Shown: positions 43,744 to 54,341, counted from the stretch's first letter. The stretch is DNA of 61,260 bases from an uncultured Oscillospiraceae bacterium (GCA_947632365.1 CANROZ010000001.1:1-61260), one strand, 5' to 3'. Program-made: numbers and translations. The notes: a model not told the origin generated them from the sequence alone.

Positions 43744-44786
43744 AGCTTCCTCATCTCGCCCCGGCGGAGCTGCCCGCAGGCGGCGTCGATATCGCTCCCC
43801 AGCCGCCGCCGGACGGTGACGGTGACGCCCCCGTCGCTCAGCCGCTGGGCAAAGGCGCGGACCGTCTCCTCCGAAGAGGGCATCAGACCGCGCTCCGATA
43901 CATAGTTGAGCCGGATCAGGTTCACATGGGACCCGGTGCCCCGCAGACGCCTGACCAGCATATCCCCATGGCGGGGGGTGTCGTTCACATCCCGCACCAT
44001 GGCGTATTCAAAGGAGACGCGCCGCCCGGTCACGGCAAAATACCGTTCGCAGGCGTCGAACAGCGCGTCCACGCCGTACCCCCTGTTGACGGGCATCAGC
44101 CTGGAGCGCGTCTCGTCGTCCGGCGCGTGCAACGACACGGACAAAGTCAATTGTAAATGAAGAGCGGCCAGTTTGTCAATCGCTTCCACCAGACCGCAGG
44201 TGGAAAGAGAGATGTGCCGCATGCCGATATTGGGCCCGGACGGGTCGTTGACCAGCTGCAAAAACCGGATCACATTGTCAAAATTATCCAGCGGCTCGCC
44301 GATGCCCATGAGCACGATGCTGTCCACCCGGTCCCCTGCGGCCAGGCCCGTGCGGATCACCTCATCCAGCATCTCCGAGGCCGCCAGGTCCCGGACCTTA
44401 CCGCCGATGGTGCTGGCGCAGAAAGCGCACCCCATGCGGCAGCCCACCTGGGAGGAGATGCACACGGAATTGCCGTGCTTGTACCGCATGAACACGGTCT
44501 CCACGCTCTCCCCGTCCGGCAGACGCCAGAGATACTTCTCCGTACCGTCATGGGCGGAAACCTGCCGCCGGACCATGGCAAGGCACGGGATCGTATACCG
44601 CTCCGCCAGCCGCTGGCGCAGATCTCGGCCCAGATCGGTCATCTCCTCAAAGGAGGCGACGCCCCGGCCCAGCCAGCGGGACACCTGCTGCGCCCGGTAG
44701 CCCGGCAGACCCATCTGCTGAAAGTCGGCCGCCAGCTCCGCCGGGAGCATAGACTTTATATCCTTTTTGCTCGGTCCATCCGGCAT
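43740..44786 (-). CDS. rlmN: 23S rRNA/tRNA (adenine2503-C2)-methyltransferase RlmN
   Basis: Radical-SAM motif CRMGCAFC and GMGEPL. The start is uncertain: ATG 44786 or ATG 44750. Confidence 0.93.
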   Translation of the reverse strand: MPDGPSKKDIKSMLPAELAADFQQMGLPGYRAQQVSRWLGRGVASFEEMTDLGRDLRQRLAERYTIPCLAMVRRQVSAHDGTEKYLWRLPDGESVETVFMRYKHGNSVCISSQVGCRMGCAFCASTIGGKVRDLAASEMLDEVIRTGLAAGDRVDSIVLMGIGEPLDNFDNVIRFLQLVNDPSGPNIGMRHISLSTCGLVEAIDKLAALHLQLTLSVSLHAPDDETRSRLMPVNRGYGVDALFDACERYFAVTGRRVSFEYAMVRDVNDTPRHGDMLVRRLRGTGSHVNLIRLNYVSERGLMPSSEETVRAFAQRLSDGGVTVTVRRRLGSDIDAACGQLRRGEMRKL

Positions 44787-46003
44787 ATATAAAATCCGTC
44801 CGTTTCGTCCAGGTCGGGCCAGAAGGTCCGTTCCGTGACCTTGAAAAAGTCGCTGTGGGCGCGCAAAAACGCCTCCGTAACGGCTTCGTTCTCCGCTTTG
44901 CGCCAGGTGCATGTGGAGTATACGAGCCGCCCGCCGGGCTCCACGGCCCGGGCGATGGCCTCCAGCAGCTCCATTTGCAGCTCCGGCAGTGAAGTCAGGT
45001 CCCTTTCATCCCGATAGCGGATATCCGGTTTTTTGCGGATGACGCCCATACCGCTGCAGGGCACGTCCGCAAACACAACGTCGTAACCGCCTGCCTTGGT
45101 ATCCCGGGCGTCCCCTGGCTCGCAGCGGATGCAATTGAGGCCCATGCGGGCCGCCCCCTCCGCCACCAGGGCCAGCTTTTTGGCCAGGATGTCACGGGCC
45201 GTCACAGAGCCCTTGCCGCCCATGGCGATGGCGGCGGCGAAGCTCTTGCCGCCCGGAGCGGCGCAGGCGTCCAGCACCCGCATGCCCGGCGCAAGGTCCG
45301 CGGCCTCCACGGCGGCGTGGGCCGCCGGGTCCTGCACATAGAATAGCCCTTTTTGAAAGGCCTCCGTATCGGTGATATCCCCGGTCCGCTCCAGCGCCAG
45401 CCCGGCATTCGTCCGGCGCACCGGAACGAGGGCGGCCATCTCCTCGGCCGTGCAGCGACAGGTGTTGGGCCACACATACACAGGCGGCTCGCTGTTGTCA
45501 GCCCGCAGGACCGCCTCCGCCCCATCGTAGCCTCGCAGGGCCATCAGTTCCTCCACCAGCCATAGCGGGTGGCTGTATCGGACGGAGAGATAGGCCGCCG
45601 TGCCCTGGTCCGGGATGGGCGGCAAGGCGCTCTTTTCCCGGCTCAGACGGCGCAGCACCGCGTTCACCAGCCCCGCCGCCCGGGCATAACCCAGGCTCCG
45701 ACAGAGCTTCACGGACTCATCCACCGCCGCGCTGTCCGGCACTTTATCCATGAACAGGACCTGGTAGCTCCCCAGGCGCAGGATGTCCCGCACCTTGGGC
45801 TCCAGCTTTCCCCGGATGCAGCCGTCGATATAGTGATCGCACAGGGCGAGGTTTTGCAGCACGCCGTAAAACATCCGGGCGGCCAGCGCCGTGTCCCGGC
45901 GATCCAGCCCGTACTTTCCCGCCAAAGCGTCCAGCACCTGGCGGCTCCAGGCGGAATCCCGCCGGAAGCGCTCTAGCGCCTCCAGCGCCGCGCGTCTCGG
46001 CAT
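44756..46003 (-). CDS. rsmB: 16S rRNA (cytosine967-C5)-methyltransferase RsmB
   Basis: NusB-like N-terminus, DACAAPGGKS and DVPCSGMG. Start refined to ATG 46003. Confidence 0.93.
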   Translation of the reverse strand: MPRRAALEALERFRRDSAWSRQVLDALAGKYGLDRRDTALAARMFYGVLQNLALCDHYIDGCIRGKLEPKVRDILRLGSYQVLFMDKVPDSAAVDESVKLCRSLGYARAAGLVNAVLRRLSREKSALPPIPDQGTAAYLSVRYSHPLWLVEELMALRGYDGAEAVLRADNSEPPVYVWPNTCRCTAEEMAALVPVRRTNAGLALERTGDITDTEAFQKGLFYVQDPAAHAAVEAADLAPGMRVLDACAAPGGKSFAAAIAMGGKGSVTARDILAKKLALVAEGAARMGLNCIRCEPGDARDTKAGGYDVVFADVPCSGMGVIRKKPDIRYRDERDLTSLPELQMELLEAIARAVEPGGRLVYSTCTWRKAENEAVTEAFLRAHSDFFKVTERTFWPDLDETDGFYICRMDRAKRI

Positions 46004-46005
46004 GG

Positions 46006-46923
46006 TCAGACCTCCATGGGGTGGCCCAGCAGCCAGGCCCCCGCCGCCATGCGCTTGCCTCCGGCCGCCTGCAGCTGGGTGATGAGCACCGTCTCTCCCC
46101 CGCTGCAGGCCACCTCGATGCCCGCCTTCCCGGCGGATAGCACCGTGCCCGGCGCTTTGGCGGTGGTATGCGCCGTCTTTTCGGCGCCGAATATCTTGAA
46201 CGATGTCCCGCCCAGCTCCGTCGTGGCGCAGGGCCAGGGCTGCATGCCGTAGATATGTTTGCATACCATCCGGGCGGACTGGGTCCAGTCGATAGGCGAC
46301 TCCTCCCGGCTGAGAGGCGGCGCGTAGGTAGCCTGGCCGCTGTCCTGGGGGATGCGGGGGGCGCTGCCGTCTCCGATGGCGCGGAGGGTCTTCACCAGCA
46401 GCTCCGCGCCCATGGGCGCCAGGCGGTCAAAGAGCTGACCGCTGGTCTCCGTCTCCCCGATGGCCGTCTCGGCGGAAAATATCATGTCTCCCTCGTCCAT
46501 GCCGGAGGAGAGATACATGGTGGTCACGCCAGTGATCTCGTCGCCGCTGAGCACCGCCCGCTGGATAGGGGCGCTGCCCCGGTATTTGGGCAGTAGCGAG
46601 CCGTGGACATTGACACAGCCGTACCGGGGCAGCACCAGGATGTCGTCCGGCAGGATGCGCCCGTAGGCCACCACCGCGATCAGGTCCGGCGCCAGGTCCC
46701 GCAGCGCGGCCAGGGCCGTGCCGTCCCGCAGCTTCTCTGGCTGGTATACGGGCAGGCCCGCCGCCAGCGCCGTCTGCTTCACGGCGCAGGCAGCCAGCTT
46801 GTGGCCCCGGTCCCGGGGCTTATCCGGCTGGCAGAACACGCCTGCCACGTCAAAGCCCTCGTCTATGAGCTTTTGCAGGCAGACCGCCGCAAAATCCGGC
46901 GTGCCCATGAAAACGATCCTCAT
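46006..46923 (-). CDS. fmt: methionyl-tRNA formyltransferase
   Basis: MRIVFMGTPDFA and NVHGSLLPKYRG. ATGA overlap with the def stop. Confidence 0.95.
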   Translation of the reverse strand: MRIVFMGTPDFAAVCLQKLIDEGFDVAGVFCQPDKPRDRGHKLAACAVKQTALAAGLPVYQPEKLRDGTALAALRDLAPDLIAVVAYGRILPDDILVLPRYGCVNVHGSLLPKYRGSAPIQRAVLSGDEITGVTTMYLSSGMDEGDMIFSAETAIGETETSGQLFDRLAPMGAELLVKTLRAIGDGSAPRIPQDSGQATYAPPLSREESPIDWTQSARMVCKHIYGMQPWPCATTELGGTSFKIFGAEKTAHTTAKAPGTVLSAGKAGIEVACSGGETVLITQLQAAGGKRMAAGAWLLGHPMEV

Positions 46924-47429
46924 GCTTCGTCCTCTTTGCCGTAATATGCCTCCAGCTCCTCGTCGGACATGATGTGGTCGCACAGCTCCGTGAACATATG
47001 CCCGTCCAGGTGGTCGCACTCATGGCAGAACGCCCGGGCGGTCAGATCGACGCCCTCCACCTCAAAAAATTCCCCGTTCCGGTCCTGGGCCCGGACCTTC
47101 ACCCGGGCGGGACGCTTCACCATGCCGAAGGAGCCGGGCACAGACAGGCAGCCCTCCGGGCCCTCCTGCTCCCCTTCCGTCTCGATGATCTGGGGATTGA
47201 CCAGCTCGATGACGTGCTCCTCGCCCTCCGGCGTGTTGGTCTCTAGCACCACCACGGCCCGGCGCAGCACACCCACCTGGGGCGCGGCAAGGCCCACGCC
47301 ATTGGCGGACTGCATGGTCTCGGCCATGTCATCCAGCAGCGTATGGAGCCGCTGGTTGAAATCGGTCACGGGGCGGCAGCGCTTCGTCAGTGTCTCGTCG
47401 CCTTCCATCAATATGTTGCGCAGGGCCAT
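46920..47429 (-). CDS. def: peptide deformylase
   Basis: GVGLAAPQVG, EGCLS and HECDHLDG. Confidence 0.96.
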   Translation of the reverse strand: MALRNILMEGDETLTKRCRPVTDFNQRLHTLLDDMAETMQSANGVGLAAPQVGVLRRAVVVLETNTPEGEEHVIELVNPQIIETEGEQEGPEGCLSVPGSFGMVKRPARVKVRAQDRNGEFFEVEGVDLTARAFCHECDHLDGHMFTELCDHIMSDEELEAYYGKEDEA

Positions 47430-47445
47430 CGTAGTTGACCTCCTG

Positions 47446-49893
47446 TCAGTTCAGTGGGTCGAGATCCGCGTATACGGACACGCCCTTGTATCGTTTTCCG
47501 TCGTTGAAAAGCATCAGAGCCCGGTCTACGGCGGCACGAACGGTCCTGGAGCTGAGACAGCTCACCGTCACCCTGTACCGCCAGGCGTTGTTCACCCTGG
47601 CCACAGGCAGCGGCGCCGGACCCAGGACCTTGGCCCCCGGCTCCTCCCGCAGCAGGCGGGAGAGCTCCGCGCGGATATCCCCGCAGCAGCGGATCACCGC
47701 GCTCTCGTCGGTGCCCACCGCCGTCAGCACGAAAAGGTCCGCAAAGGGCGGCGAGCCCGCCACACGGCGCAGGCCGATCTCTCCCTCATAGAAGCTGTCA
47801 TAGTCCTGGCGGGCTGCCTGGCGTATGATCTGGTTCTCCGGGGTGAAGGTCTGGATCACCGCCCGGCCGGGCTTTTCAAACCGCCCGCTGCGGCCGATGA
47901 CCTGGGTGATCAGGGAGAAGGTCCGCTCCCCCGCCCGGTAGTCGCTGCTGTATAGGCTCTGGTCGGCGTTCAGCACCCCCACCAGGGTCACATTCTCAAA
48001 ATTCAATCCCTTGGTGACCATCTGGGTGCCCACCAGGATGGGGATGTGCTGGACCCGGAACTGCTCAAAAAGGGTCCGGTGGCTGCCCACCGGGGCCAGG
48101 GCGTCCGTATCCATGCGCAGCACCGCCGTGTCGGGAAAAAGCTCCTGGAGCTCCTGGACCACCCGCTGGGTGCCCGTGCCCACATAGCTCAGCTTGCCGC
48201 CGCAGGCCGGGCAGGTCCGGTCCACCCGCTGTACATGGCCGCAGTAGTGGCACATGAGCCGATCACCCACGCTGTGGTAAGTCAGCGAGGCGGTGCAGTT
48301 GGGACACTTATAAGTATACCCGCACTCGCTGCAAGTCACCAGTTTGCTGGCGCCACGGCGGTTGATGAACAGGATGGACTGCTCTCCCCGGCGGATGTTC
48401 TCCGCCAGCTCCTCCCGCAAAAGGGACGAGATGCTGGTCATATTGCCGCTTTTCAGCTCCTTACGCATATCCGCGATCTGCACCTGGGGCAGATGCATGG
48501 CGTTGTAGCGCTCCGGAAGGGTGAAAAAGCTGTAGCGCCCCGTCTGGGCATAATATCGGGAGCAGACGTTCGGCGTGGCGCTGCCCAGCAGCAGCAGCGC
48601 GCCGGAGCGGGCGCAGAGGAATTTCGCCACGTCTCGGGCATGATAGCGGGGACTGGTCTCGGATTTATAGGTGTCCTCCTGCTCCTCGTCGATGATGACG
48701 GCCCCCAGGTCCGAAACCGGGGCGAATATGGCGCTGCGGGTGCCGATGACCACCCGTGCCTCCCGGTCCCGGATGCGCTTCCACTCGTCATACCGCTCCC
48801 CCATGGAGAGGGACGAGTGGAGCACCGCGATGCTGTCGCCAAAATGGGAGGAAAAGGTCTGGAGCATCTGGGGCGTCAGGGCGATCTCCGGCACGAGGAA
48901 GATAGCGCTCTTGCCCCGGCGGAGCATCTCCTGGATGAGGTGGATATAGATGGTGGTCTTGCCGCTGCCCGTGACGCCAAAGAGCAGCGCCGCCCGGGCC
49001 GTTCCGTCCGCCAGGGACAATATGCCCTCATAGGCCGCTCTCTGGGCCTGGTTCAGCACAGGCAGCGGTCTTGCCCGGCCCGTCTCATAGTCCGGCCTGC
49101 GGTATACCGCCTCCCGGGTGAGGGTGACGAGCCCCTTCTCCTCCAAGCGCTTGACGGTCTCCCGTCCGGCCCCGGTGAAGTAGCACAGGTCCGCCACGCT
49201 GGCCCGGCCCATCTCTGCCAGCACCCGCAGTACGGCGGCCTGCCGGACAGCGCGGCTGTTCTTCTCCGCCTGGGCGATGGCCTCCTGGGGGGAGACGGCC
49301 AGCGACGCCCGCAGGACGGTCCTGTCCCCGGCACGGCGGGAGGCGCCCGCCTCCGTCACCAGAACGCCCTTTTTGACGAGTCCTGCCAGCGCGGGACCGG
49401 GGTTCTTCGCGCCAAAGACCGCCTCGATGTCGGCCAGCTCACATCGGCCGCCGTGGCCCGTGACCGCGTCCAGCACCAGCGCTTCGGCTTTCCCGGCGGC
49501 GAGGGCATAGGCACTGTCCCGGTCCATGTCCGGTGCCAGGCAATAGATCGGCCAGACCCGGTACCACAGACCCGCCGGGAGCATGGCCCGCACTGCGTCC
49601 ATGACCGTGCAGAAAAACCGTTCCCGCATCCAAAGGGCCAGCTTGATCTGGGTCTCGGACAGCAGCGGCTCCTCGTCCAGCACCTCCAAAACGCTTTTCA
49701 GCCGTTTGTCGGTCTCGCCGCCCATGGCTAGGACCACCCCCTCCCGGGGGCGGCTGCCCCCAAAGGGGACCGCCACGCGCACACCTGGGCGGACCGTCCC
49801 CGCCAGCCTGTCAGGCACGGCGTATGTGTAGGGTCGGTCCACCCAGTATGTGACGTCCGAGACGGCTATGCGTGCTGTCAGCTGCTTCGTCAA
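47446..49893 (-). CDS. priA: primosomal replication restart protein N' (PriA)
   Basis: 815 aa with Walker A GVTGSGKT, DEEQ and a Cys-rich zinc region. TTG start 6 nt after AGGAG. Confidence 0.95.
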   Translation of the reverse strand: MTKQLTARIAVSDVTYWVDRPYTYAVPDRLAGTVRPGVRVAVPFGGSRPREGVVLAMGGETDKRLKSVLEVLDEEPLLSETQIKLALWMRERFFCTVMDAVRAMLPAGLWYRVWPIYCLAPDMDRDSAYALAAGKAEALVLDAVTGHGGRCELADIEAVFGAKNPGPALAGLVKKGVLVTEAGASRRAGDRTVLRASLAVSPQEAIAQAEKNSRAVRQAAVLRVLAEMGRASVADLCYFTGAGRETVKRLEEKGLVTLTREAVYRRPDYETGRARPLPVLNQAQRAAYEGILSLADGTARAALLFGVTGSGKTTIYIHLIQEMLRRGKSAIFLVPEIALTPQMLQTFSSHFGDSIAVLHSSLSMGERYDEWKRIRDREARVVIGTRSAIFAPVSDLGAVIIDEEQEDTYKSETSPRYHARDVAKFLCARSGALLLLGSATPNVCSRYYAQTGRYSFFTLPERYNAMHLPQVQIADMRKELKSGNMTSISSLLREELAENIRRGEQSILFINRRGASKLVTCSECGYTYKCPNCTASLTYHSVGDRLMCHYCGHVQRVDRTCPACGGKLSYVGTGTQRVVQELQELFPDTAVLRMDTDALAPVGSHRTLFEQFRVQHIPILVGTQMVTKGLNFENVTLVGVLNADQSLYSSDYRAGERTFSLITQVIGRSGRFEKPGRAVIQTFTPENQIIRQAARQDYDSFYEGEIGLRRVAGSPPFADLFVLTAVGTDESAVIRCCGDIRAELSRLLREEPGAKVLGPAPLPVARVNNAWRYRVTVSCLSSRTVRAAVDRALMLFNDGKRYKGVSVYADLDPLN

Positions 49894-49927
49894 AAAATGC
49901 TCCTATGGGGGGCGGCGTTCGCCGCGG

Positions 49928-50140
49928 TCAGGCCTCGTCCTCTTTCTCATCGGACTCCATGGTCAGCTTTCCGGTATATACCTCGTCGATGGCCGAGGAA
50001 ACAGGCTTTTTCGTGAGGGACTCGCCGTTGCGCTCCGCCTCGGCGGAGATGCTGCGGGCCCGCTTGGCCACCAGGTTGATCAGTGCGTAACGGCTGCCGA
50101 CCTTGTCCACCAGATCGGCTACGGGGGGATAAAGCATCAT
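49928..50140 (-). CDS. rpoZ: DNA-directed RNA polymerase subunit omega
   Basis: 70 aa, ...VGSRYALINLVAKRARSI... Confidence 0.9.
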   Translation of the reverse strand: MMLYPPVADLVDKVGSRYALINLVAKRARSISAEAERNGESLTKKPVSSAIDEVYTGKLTMESDEKEDEA

Positions 50141-50757
50141 GACAGTTCTTCTCCTTTTGCGTCTGCAATGAATTGGATGCGGTTCTCGCTGCGGCAGAGG
50201 TGAGCGGTGATGATGGCGTCCAGCTCTGCGGCGGCTGTATCTGCGTCGTCGTTCACGACGATATAAGCGTATTGGTCCAGCAATTTATATTCCTGCCGGG
50301 CGGTCTTGAGCCGACCGACGATCTTCTCCTCGCTGTCAGTGCCCCGGCCCCGGAGCCGCCGCTCCAGTTCCGCCAGACTGGGGGGACAAAGGAACACGCT
50401 CACCGCGTCGGGCCGCTTGGCCATCACCTGGGCCGCTCCCTGGACCTCGATGTCCAGCAGTACATTATAGCCCGCCGCCAGGTCCTTCTCTACAGGCGCG
50501 GCGGGGGTGCCGTAGCAGTTGCCCACATATTCCGCGTGCTCCAGAAAGGCGTCCTGGGCGATGAGTTCATCAAAGGCCTCACGGGTGATGAAAAAATAAT
50601 CCTCTCCGTCTCTCTCGCCGGGGCGGGGCTGCCGCGTGGTGGCGGAGACGGAAAAGCGGATGTCGCTCCGGCGCTTCATCAGACTTTTGATCACCGTGCT
50701 CTTTCCGGCGCCGGATGGACCGGACAGTACGATCAGTATGCCTCGCTCAGCTCTCAT
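50137..50757 (-). CDS. gmk: guanylate kinase
   Basis: LSGPSGAGKST and TTRQPRPGERDGEDYFF. The start is ATG 50757 or 50775. Confidence 0.95.
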   Translation of the reverse strand: MRAERGILIVLSGPSGAGKSTVIKSLMKRRSDIRFSVSATTRQPRPGERDGEDYFFITREAFDELIAQDAFLEHAEYVGNCYGTPAAPVEKDLAAGYNVLLDIEVQGAAQVMAKRPDAVSVFLCPPSLAELERRLRGRGTDSEEKIVGRLKTARQEYKLLDQYAYIVVNDDADTAAAELDAIITAHLCRSENRIQFIADAKGEELS

Positions 50758-51007
50758 GTCCGCCCTCCTTCTCACCGGAAGACGCCCGGGCCGCGACCTC
50801 CTCCGGCGTCAGCGGACAGAGGATGACGGCGCCGTTGTCCATGATGAGCACCGCCTCCGTTTTGCGGCCATAGGTGGCGTCTACGAGCTTGCCGTCGTCC
50901 TTCGCCTGGGACACCACCCGCTTGATGGGGTTAGAGTCCGGGTCCACCGCGGCCACCAGCCGCGCCAGAGAGATGTAGCTGCCGAAACCAATGGGAATCA
51001 ACTTCAT
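50747..51007 (-). CDS. remA: RemA (DUF370) regulator
   Basis: MKLIPIGFGSYISLARLVAAVDPDSNPIKR... Confidence 0.92.
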   Translation of the reverse strand: MKLIPIGFGSYISLARLVAAVDPDSNPIKRVVSQAKDDGKLVDATYGRKTEAVLIMDNGAVILCPLTPEEVAARASSGEKEGGHES

Positions 51008-51016
51008 AGGGTCCCC

Positions 51017-51895
51017 TCACTCGATGTTCTGTATCTGCTCGCGGATCTTTTCCAGCTCCGCCTTCATGTCGATGACCGTCCGGGCGATATCGCTGTCCGC
51101 ACATTTGGAACCTGTGGTATTGGCCTCCCGGTTCATCTCCTGGGTGAGAAAGTCCAGCTTCCGCCCCACAGGTGAGCCGCCCTCCAGCAGCATCCGGAAC
51201 TGGGCGATGTGGCTGCGCAGCCGCACCGTCTCCTCGTCCACGGCCACCTTGTCCGCGTAGATGGCCGCCTCCTGCAGGATGCGGCTCTCGTCCACATTGG
51301 CGTCGGCCAGGACCTCCTGCATCCGGCCCAGCAGCTTTTCCCGGTATTCCGCCACGGTCTCCGGGGAGCGCTTCTCCACCGCGGCCACCATGGCCTCCAG
51401 ATTCTCCAGCTTTCCGCCGATATCCTCCGCCAGCTTACGCCCTTCCCGGGCGCGCATGGCGTCAAATTCTGTCAGCGCCTGGCCCAAAACAGCGGTGATG
51501 GCCTCCACCAGCACGTCCCGGTCCGCATCCGTCTTGTCGGCGGACAGCACCTCGGGGAACCGTACCAGACTCAGTGCGGAGATATCCCCGTCCAGGCCGT
51601 ACTTATCGGCCGTGTCCCGCACGGCCTTCAGATAGGCCGCTGCCAGGTTATCGTTCACCCGGATGACGGCCTGCTCCGCCTGGGAGGTATCCACCGTGAT
51701 GAACACGTCCACCTTGCCCCTGCTGATGGTGCCCGCCACCGCGGTGCGCACAGCCTCCTCGGCAAAGAGACAGCTCTTTGGCAGGCGCACAGACACGTCC
51801 AGATAGCGGTTGTTGACGCTTTTCAGCTCCGCCGTGACGGTGATGGACTTCACCTCGCCCTTCGCGCCGCCGTAGCCTGTCATGCTCTTGATCAT
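51017..51895 (-). CDS. yicC: YicC/YloC family endoribonuclease
   Basis: MIKSMTGYG...SVNNRYLD...EMNREANTTGSK. Confidence 0.93.
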   Translation of the reverse strand: MIKSMTGYGGAKGEVKSITVTAELKSVNNRYLDVSVRLPKSCLFAEEAVRTAVAGTISRGKVDVFITVDTSQAEQAVIRVNDNLAAAYLKAVRDTADKYGLDGDISALSLVRFPEVLSADKTDADRDVLVEAITAVLGQALTEFDAMRAREGRKLAEDIGGKLENLEAMVAAVEKRSPETVAEYREKLLGRMQEVLADANVDESRILQEAAIYADKVAVDEETVRLRSHIAQFRMLLEGGSPVGRKLDFLTQEMNREANTTGSKCADSDIARTVIDMKAELEKIREQIQNIE

Positions 51896-52395
51896 TCAAA
51901 ATACCTCGCGATCTTCACCAGATAGAAACGAATGAGCGTGGCATAGGCCTGATCGTACAGCCAGAACACCACGGCCCCCAGGGGATAGAGTATGTACCAG
52001 GGCAGCTCCCGGCCCGTGAAGGAGAACAGCGCTAGCGCCAGCATCCAGTAGAGCGCGAACACCGCCGTGTACAGGGCGAACTTACATGCCCAGCAGATAT
52101 ATTTGTTGTGGATGCGCTCAAAGAGGCTCTTGGCCACCGGGTAGTAGCCGAAAAAGGCGGCGTACATGATGGCGCTCCCGCCGGGCCAGAGCAACGCGCA
52201 CAGCGCCGCCGTCACGGCAAACACGCCCAGCGCCCAGCCGATACCGTACATCATCAGCGCCACGCACACCGGAAGGCTGGCCAGCGCCACCAAGGCAATG
52301 CGGCCTGCGGGGATCACATTGCCCAGCAGCATCAAAATGACGCCCATGGCTGTCAGGATCGCCAGCCGGGCCATTTTTTTCGCAGAAGCGTTCAT
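51892..52395 (-). CDS. hypothetical integral membrane protein (about 5 TM)
   Basis: Hydrophobic 167-aa product. The stop overlaps the yicC start; the start is 4 nt after the J-protein stop. Family not recognised. Confidence 0.65.
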   Translation of the reverse strand: MNASAKKMARLAILTAMGVILMLLGNVIPAGRIALVALASLPVCVALMMYGIGWALGVFAVTAALCALLWPGGSAIMYAAFFGYYPVAKSLFERIHNKYICWACKFALYTAVFALYWMLALALFSFTGRELPWYILYPLGAVVFWLYDQAYATLIRFYLVKIARYFE

Positions 52396-52399
52396 CTTC

Positions 52400-53053
52400 T
52401 CATCGACAGCCGATGCAGGGGATCAGGTTGCCGCCCATCATCTCGCAGCAGCAGTCTGCGCAGATCAGGTTCTGGCACATGTTGCAGGCCGCGTCGCTGC
52501 CCATCATATCCATGCCCCCGGCGGGACGGTACGCCTGGCCGCCCTGATTCATGTACTGCACCGCGTTGCGGTACTCCACGTTGCCCGGCTCCATGGTGGC
52601 CGCCGTGCGGAAATACTGCCCGGCCTGGTCCATCCAGCCCTTGCGCCAGTACACGCTGCCCATGAGGTAATACCACTCCGCGTCGTGGTTGCCGATGGCG
52701 TTCAGCATGGCCTCGGCCTGGGCCAGGTTGTTGGCGTTGATGAGGTTCCGTATCTGGACATACTGCGCGTTCCTGCCCGCGTACTGCTGCCCGGCACCTT
52801 GGCTCTGATAGGCGCTGCCGCCATAGCCGTAGGAATAGCCGCTGGAAAATCGGCCGCCGCTCTGCTCACGGCTCTTGGTGATGGCGTCGTATGCCTCGTT
52901 GATCTCCTTCATCTTCTCAGAGGCCAGATCCGCCAGTGGATTGTCGTGGTAGTTGTCGGGATGGTACTTCCGGGCCAGGTCGCGATAGGCCTTTTTGACT
53001 TCGTCGTCGCTGGCCTGGGGGGATACGCCCAATACGCTGTAAGGATCGTTCAT
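52400..53053 (-). CDS. J-domain protein with a TPR-like region and a C-terminal Cys cluster
   Basis: DPYSVLGV...[14 protein letters not shown], and a tail [27 protein letters not shown]. Start refined to ATG 53053. Confidence 0.85.
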   Translation of the reverse strand: MNDPYSVLGVSPQASDDEVKKAYRDLARKYHPDNYHDNPLADLASEKMKEINEAYDAITKSREQSGGRFSSGYSYGYGGSAYQSQGAGQQYAGRNAQYVQIRNLINANNLAQAEAMLNAIGNHDAEWYYLMGSVYWRKGWMDQAGQYFRTAATMEPGNVEYRNAVQYMNQGGQAYRPAGGMDMMGSDAACNMCQNLICADCCCEMMGGNLIPCIGCR

Positions 53054-53937
53054 ACGCTTCTCCGTTCTCTGTGTAATTTCGCCGAGGCGTTCCATGTCCC
53101 GGCAAAGACCGCCTGGGTCGCCGCCGGGAGACCGAGATAGACGATGTTGGAGAGGATGCCGGAATAGGCGTTCTCCTCCATCAGGACATAGGCGCTGACC
53201 AGGGCGTTATGGGAAAGCTGCAGGCTGGTCCGCAGCGTCCTCTCATCCTCCGATGACAGCTTTCCGTCCACAGGAGTGAAGCGGCCGTACAGGGGGTTAT
53301 AGGCGCCAGACTTTATATCCTCCGCCAGATCGTCCGCCGCATCCAGGATATAGATGATCCGGCCCAGATGATACAAAAGCTGCCCTGTGACGCGCTTTTC
53401 CTCCTCCGTCCGGCGGCCCTGACCGATGGTGCGGAGGATGCAGGCGAATTTGTCCGCCGCCTCGTCCAGACTGGCGCACCGCTCTTTTTCCAGCTTCCGC
53501 AGCGCGGCCAGTTGCTGCTCCACCGCCGCGGCAAAATCCGGCTGGCGGGCCGCCGCCTTTTTATAGGCGCCTTTCAGCGCCGCGCAGGCGAGCTTATAAG
53601 CAAAGCTCGTGGGAAAGGACTTGTCCTCCGCCCCGTCGGCCAGCTTCCACCAGCCCAGGATCACCGTCATGTCCGCCGCCGTTTGCAGGCTCTCGGACCG
53701 CTCCAGGCAAACCGTCTGACGAAAAGGATGGGCGGGACAGCGGCGGGGGCAGGTGCATGGCTGCTCGTCCCCCGCCAGGAGCATGGCCAGGAAGGTGAAA
53801 TCGTAGTTGACCAGAAAGCGGCTGCAAAAGCCGTACCGCCGGGCCAGCTCGTGGCACAGTCCGCAGTAGACGCCCTGAAAGCGCTCAAATTCCGAGACCT
53901 TCAGCTCGCCCTTCACCGGACGGACGTAGCCGTACAT
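53050..53937 (-). CDS. DUF5685-like Cys-rich protein
   Basis: [31 protein letters not shown]...[11 protein letters not shown]. Family name is recognition-based. Confidence 0.75.
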   Translation of the reverse strand: MYGYVRPVKGELKVSEFERFQGVYCGLCHELARRYGFCSRFLVNYDFTFLAMLLAGDEQPCTCPRRCPAHPFRQTVCLERSESLQTAADMTVILGWWKLADGAEDKSFPTSFAYKLACAALKGAYKKAAARQPDFAAAVEQQLAALRKLEKERCASLDEAADKFACILRTIGQGRRTEEEKRVTGQLLYHLGRIIYILDAADDLAEDIKSGAYNPLYGRFTPVDGKLSSEDERTLRTSLQLSHNALVSAYVLMEENAYSGILSNIVYLGLPAATQAVFAGTWNASAKLHRERRSV

Positions 53938-54341
53938 CAGCGCTTATAGTATCCGGTGATGCTGTAATCGATCTTCTTGAAGCGCTTGCCCAGCTCCACG
54001 CTGATCAGCACGCCCACCGACAGACCGACGGCGCTGGATATGATGCAGCCCTCCTGGTCCAGCTTCAGCAGCGCTCCGATGGCATAGCCCAAAAAGAACG
54101 TTAGCACCGGGAGCATATAGATCAGCAGCGTCACCTTCATGATGGTGGTGGTGGAGCTCTCCAGCACCACCCGCTCGCCGGGCTTGGCATATATCTTATT
54201 GGCCGCCTCCACATAGAGCTGCTTGCCGTAGATGCATTCGCCGCAGCCCGAGCAGTGGGCGCAGGCGGTCACCCGCTCCACGGCCACCTCTGCCAGGCCC
54301 TTGTCCAGCAGCTTTGTCACAACTCCGGTCTGGGTCATCAT
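53937..54341 (-). CDS. RseC/MucC family protein (SoxR-reducing-system-like)
   Basis: TGVVTKL...AEVAVERVTACAHCSGCGEC followed by two TM helices. Confidence 0.8.
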   Translation of the reverse strand: MMTQTGVVTKLLDKGLAEVAVERVTACAHCSGCGECIYGKQLYVEAANKIYAKPGERVVLESSTTTIMKVTLLIYMLPVLTFFLGYAIGALLKLDQEGCIISSAVGLSVGVLISVELGKRFKKIDYSITGYYKR

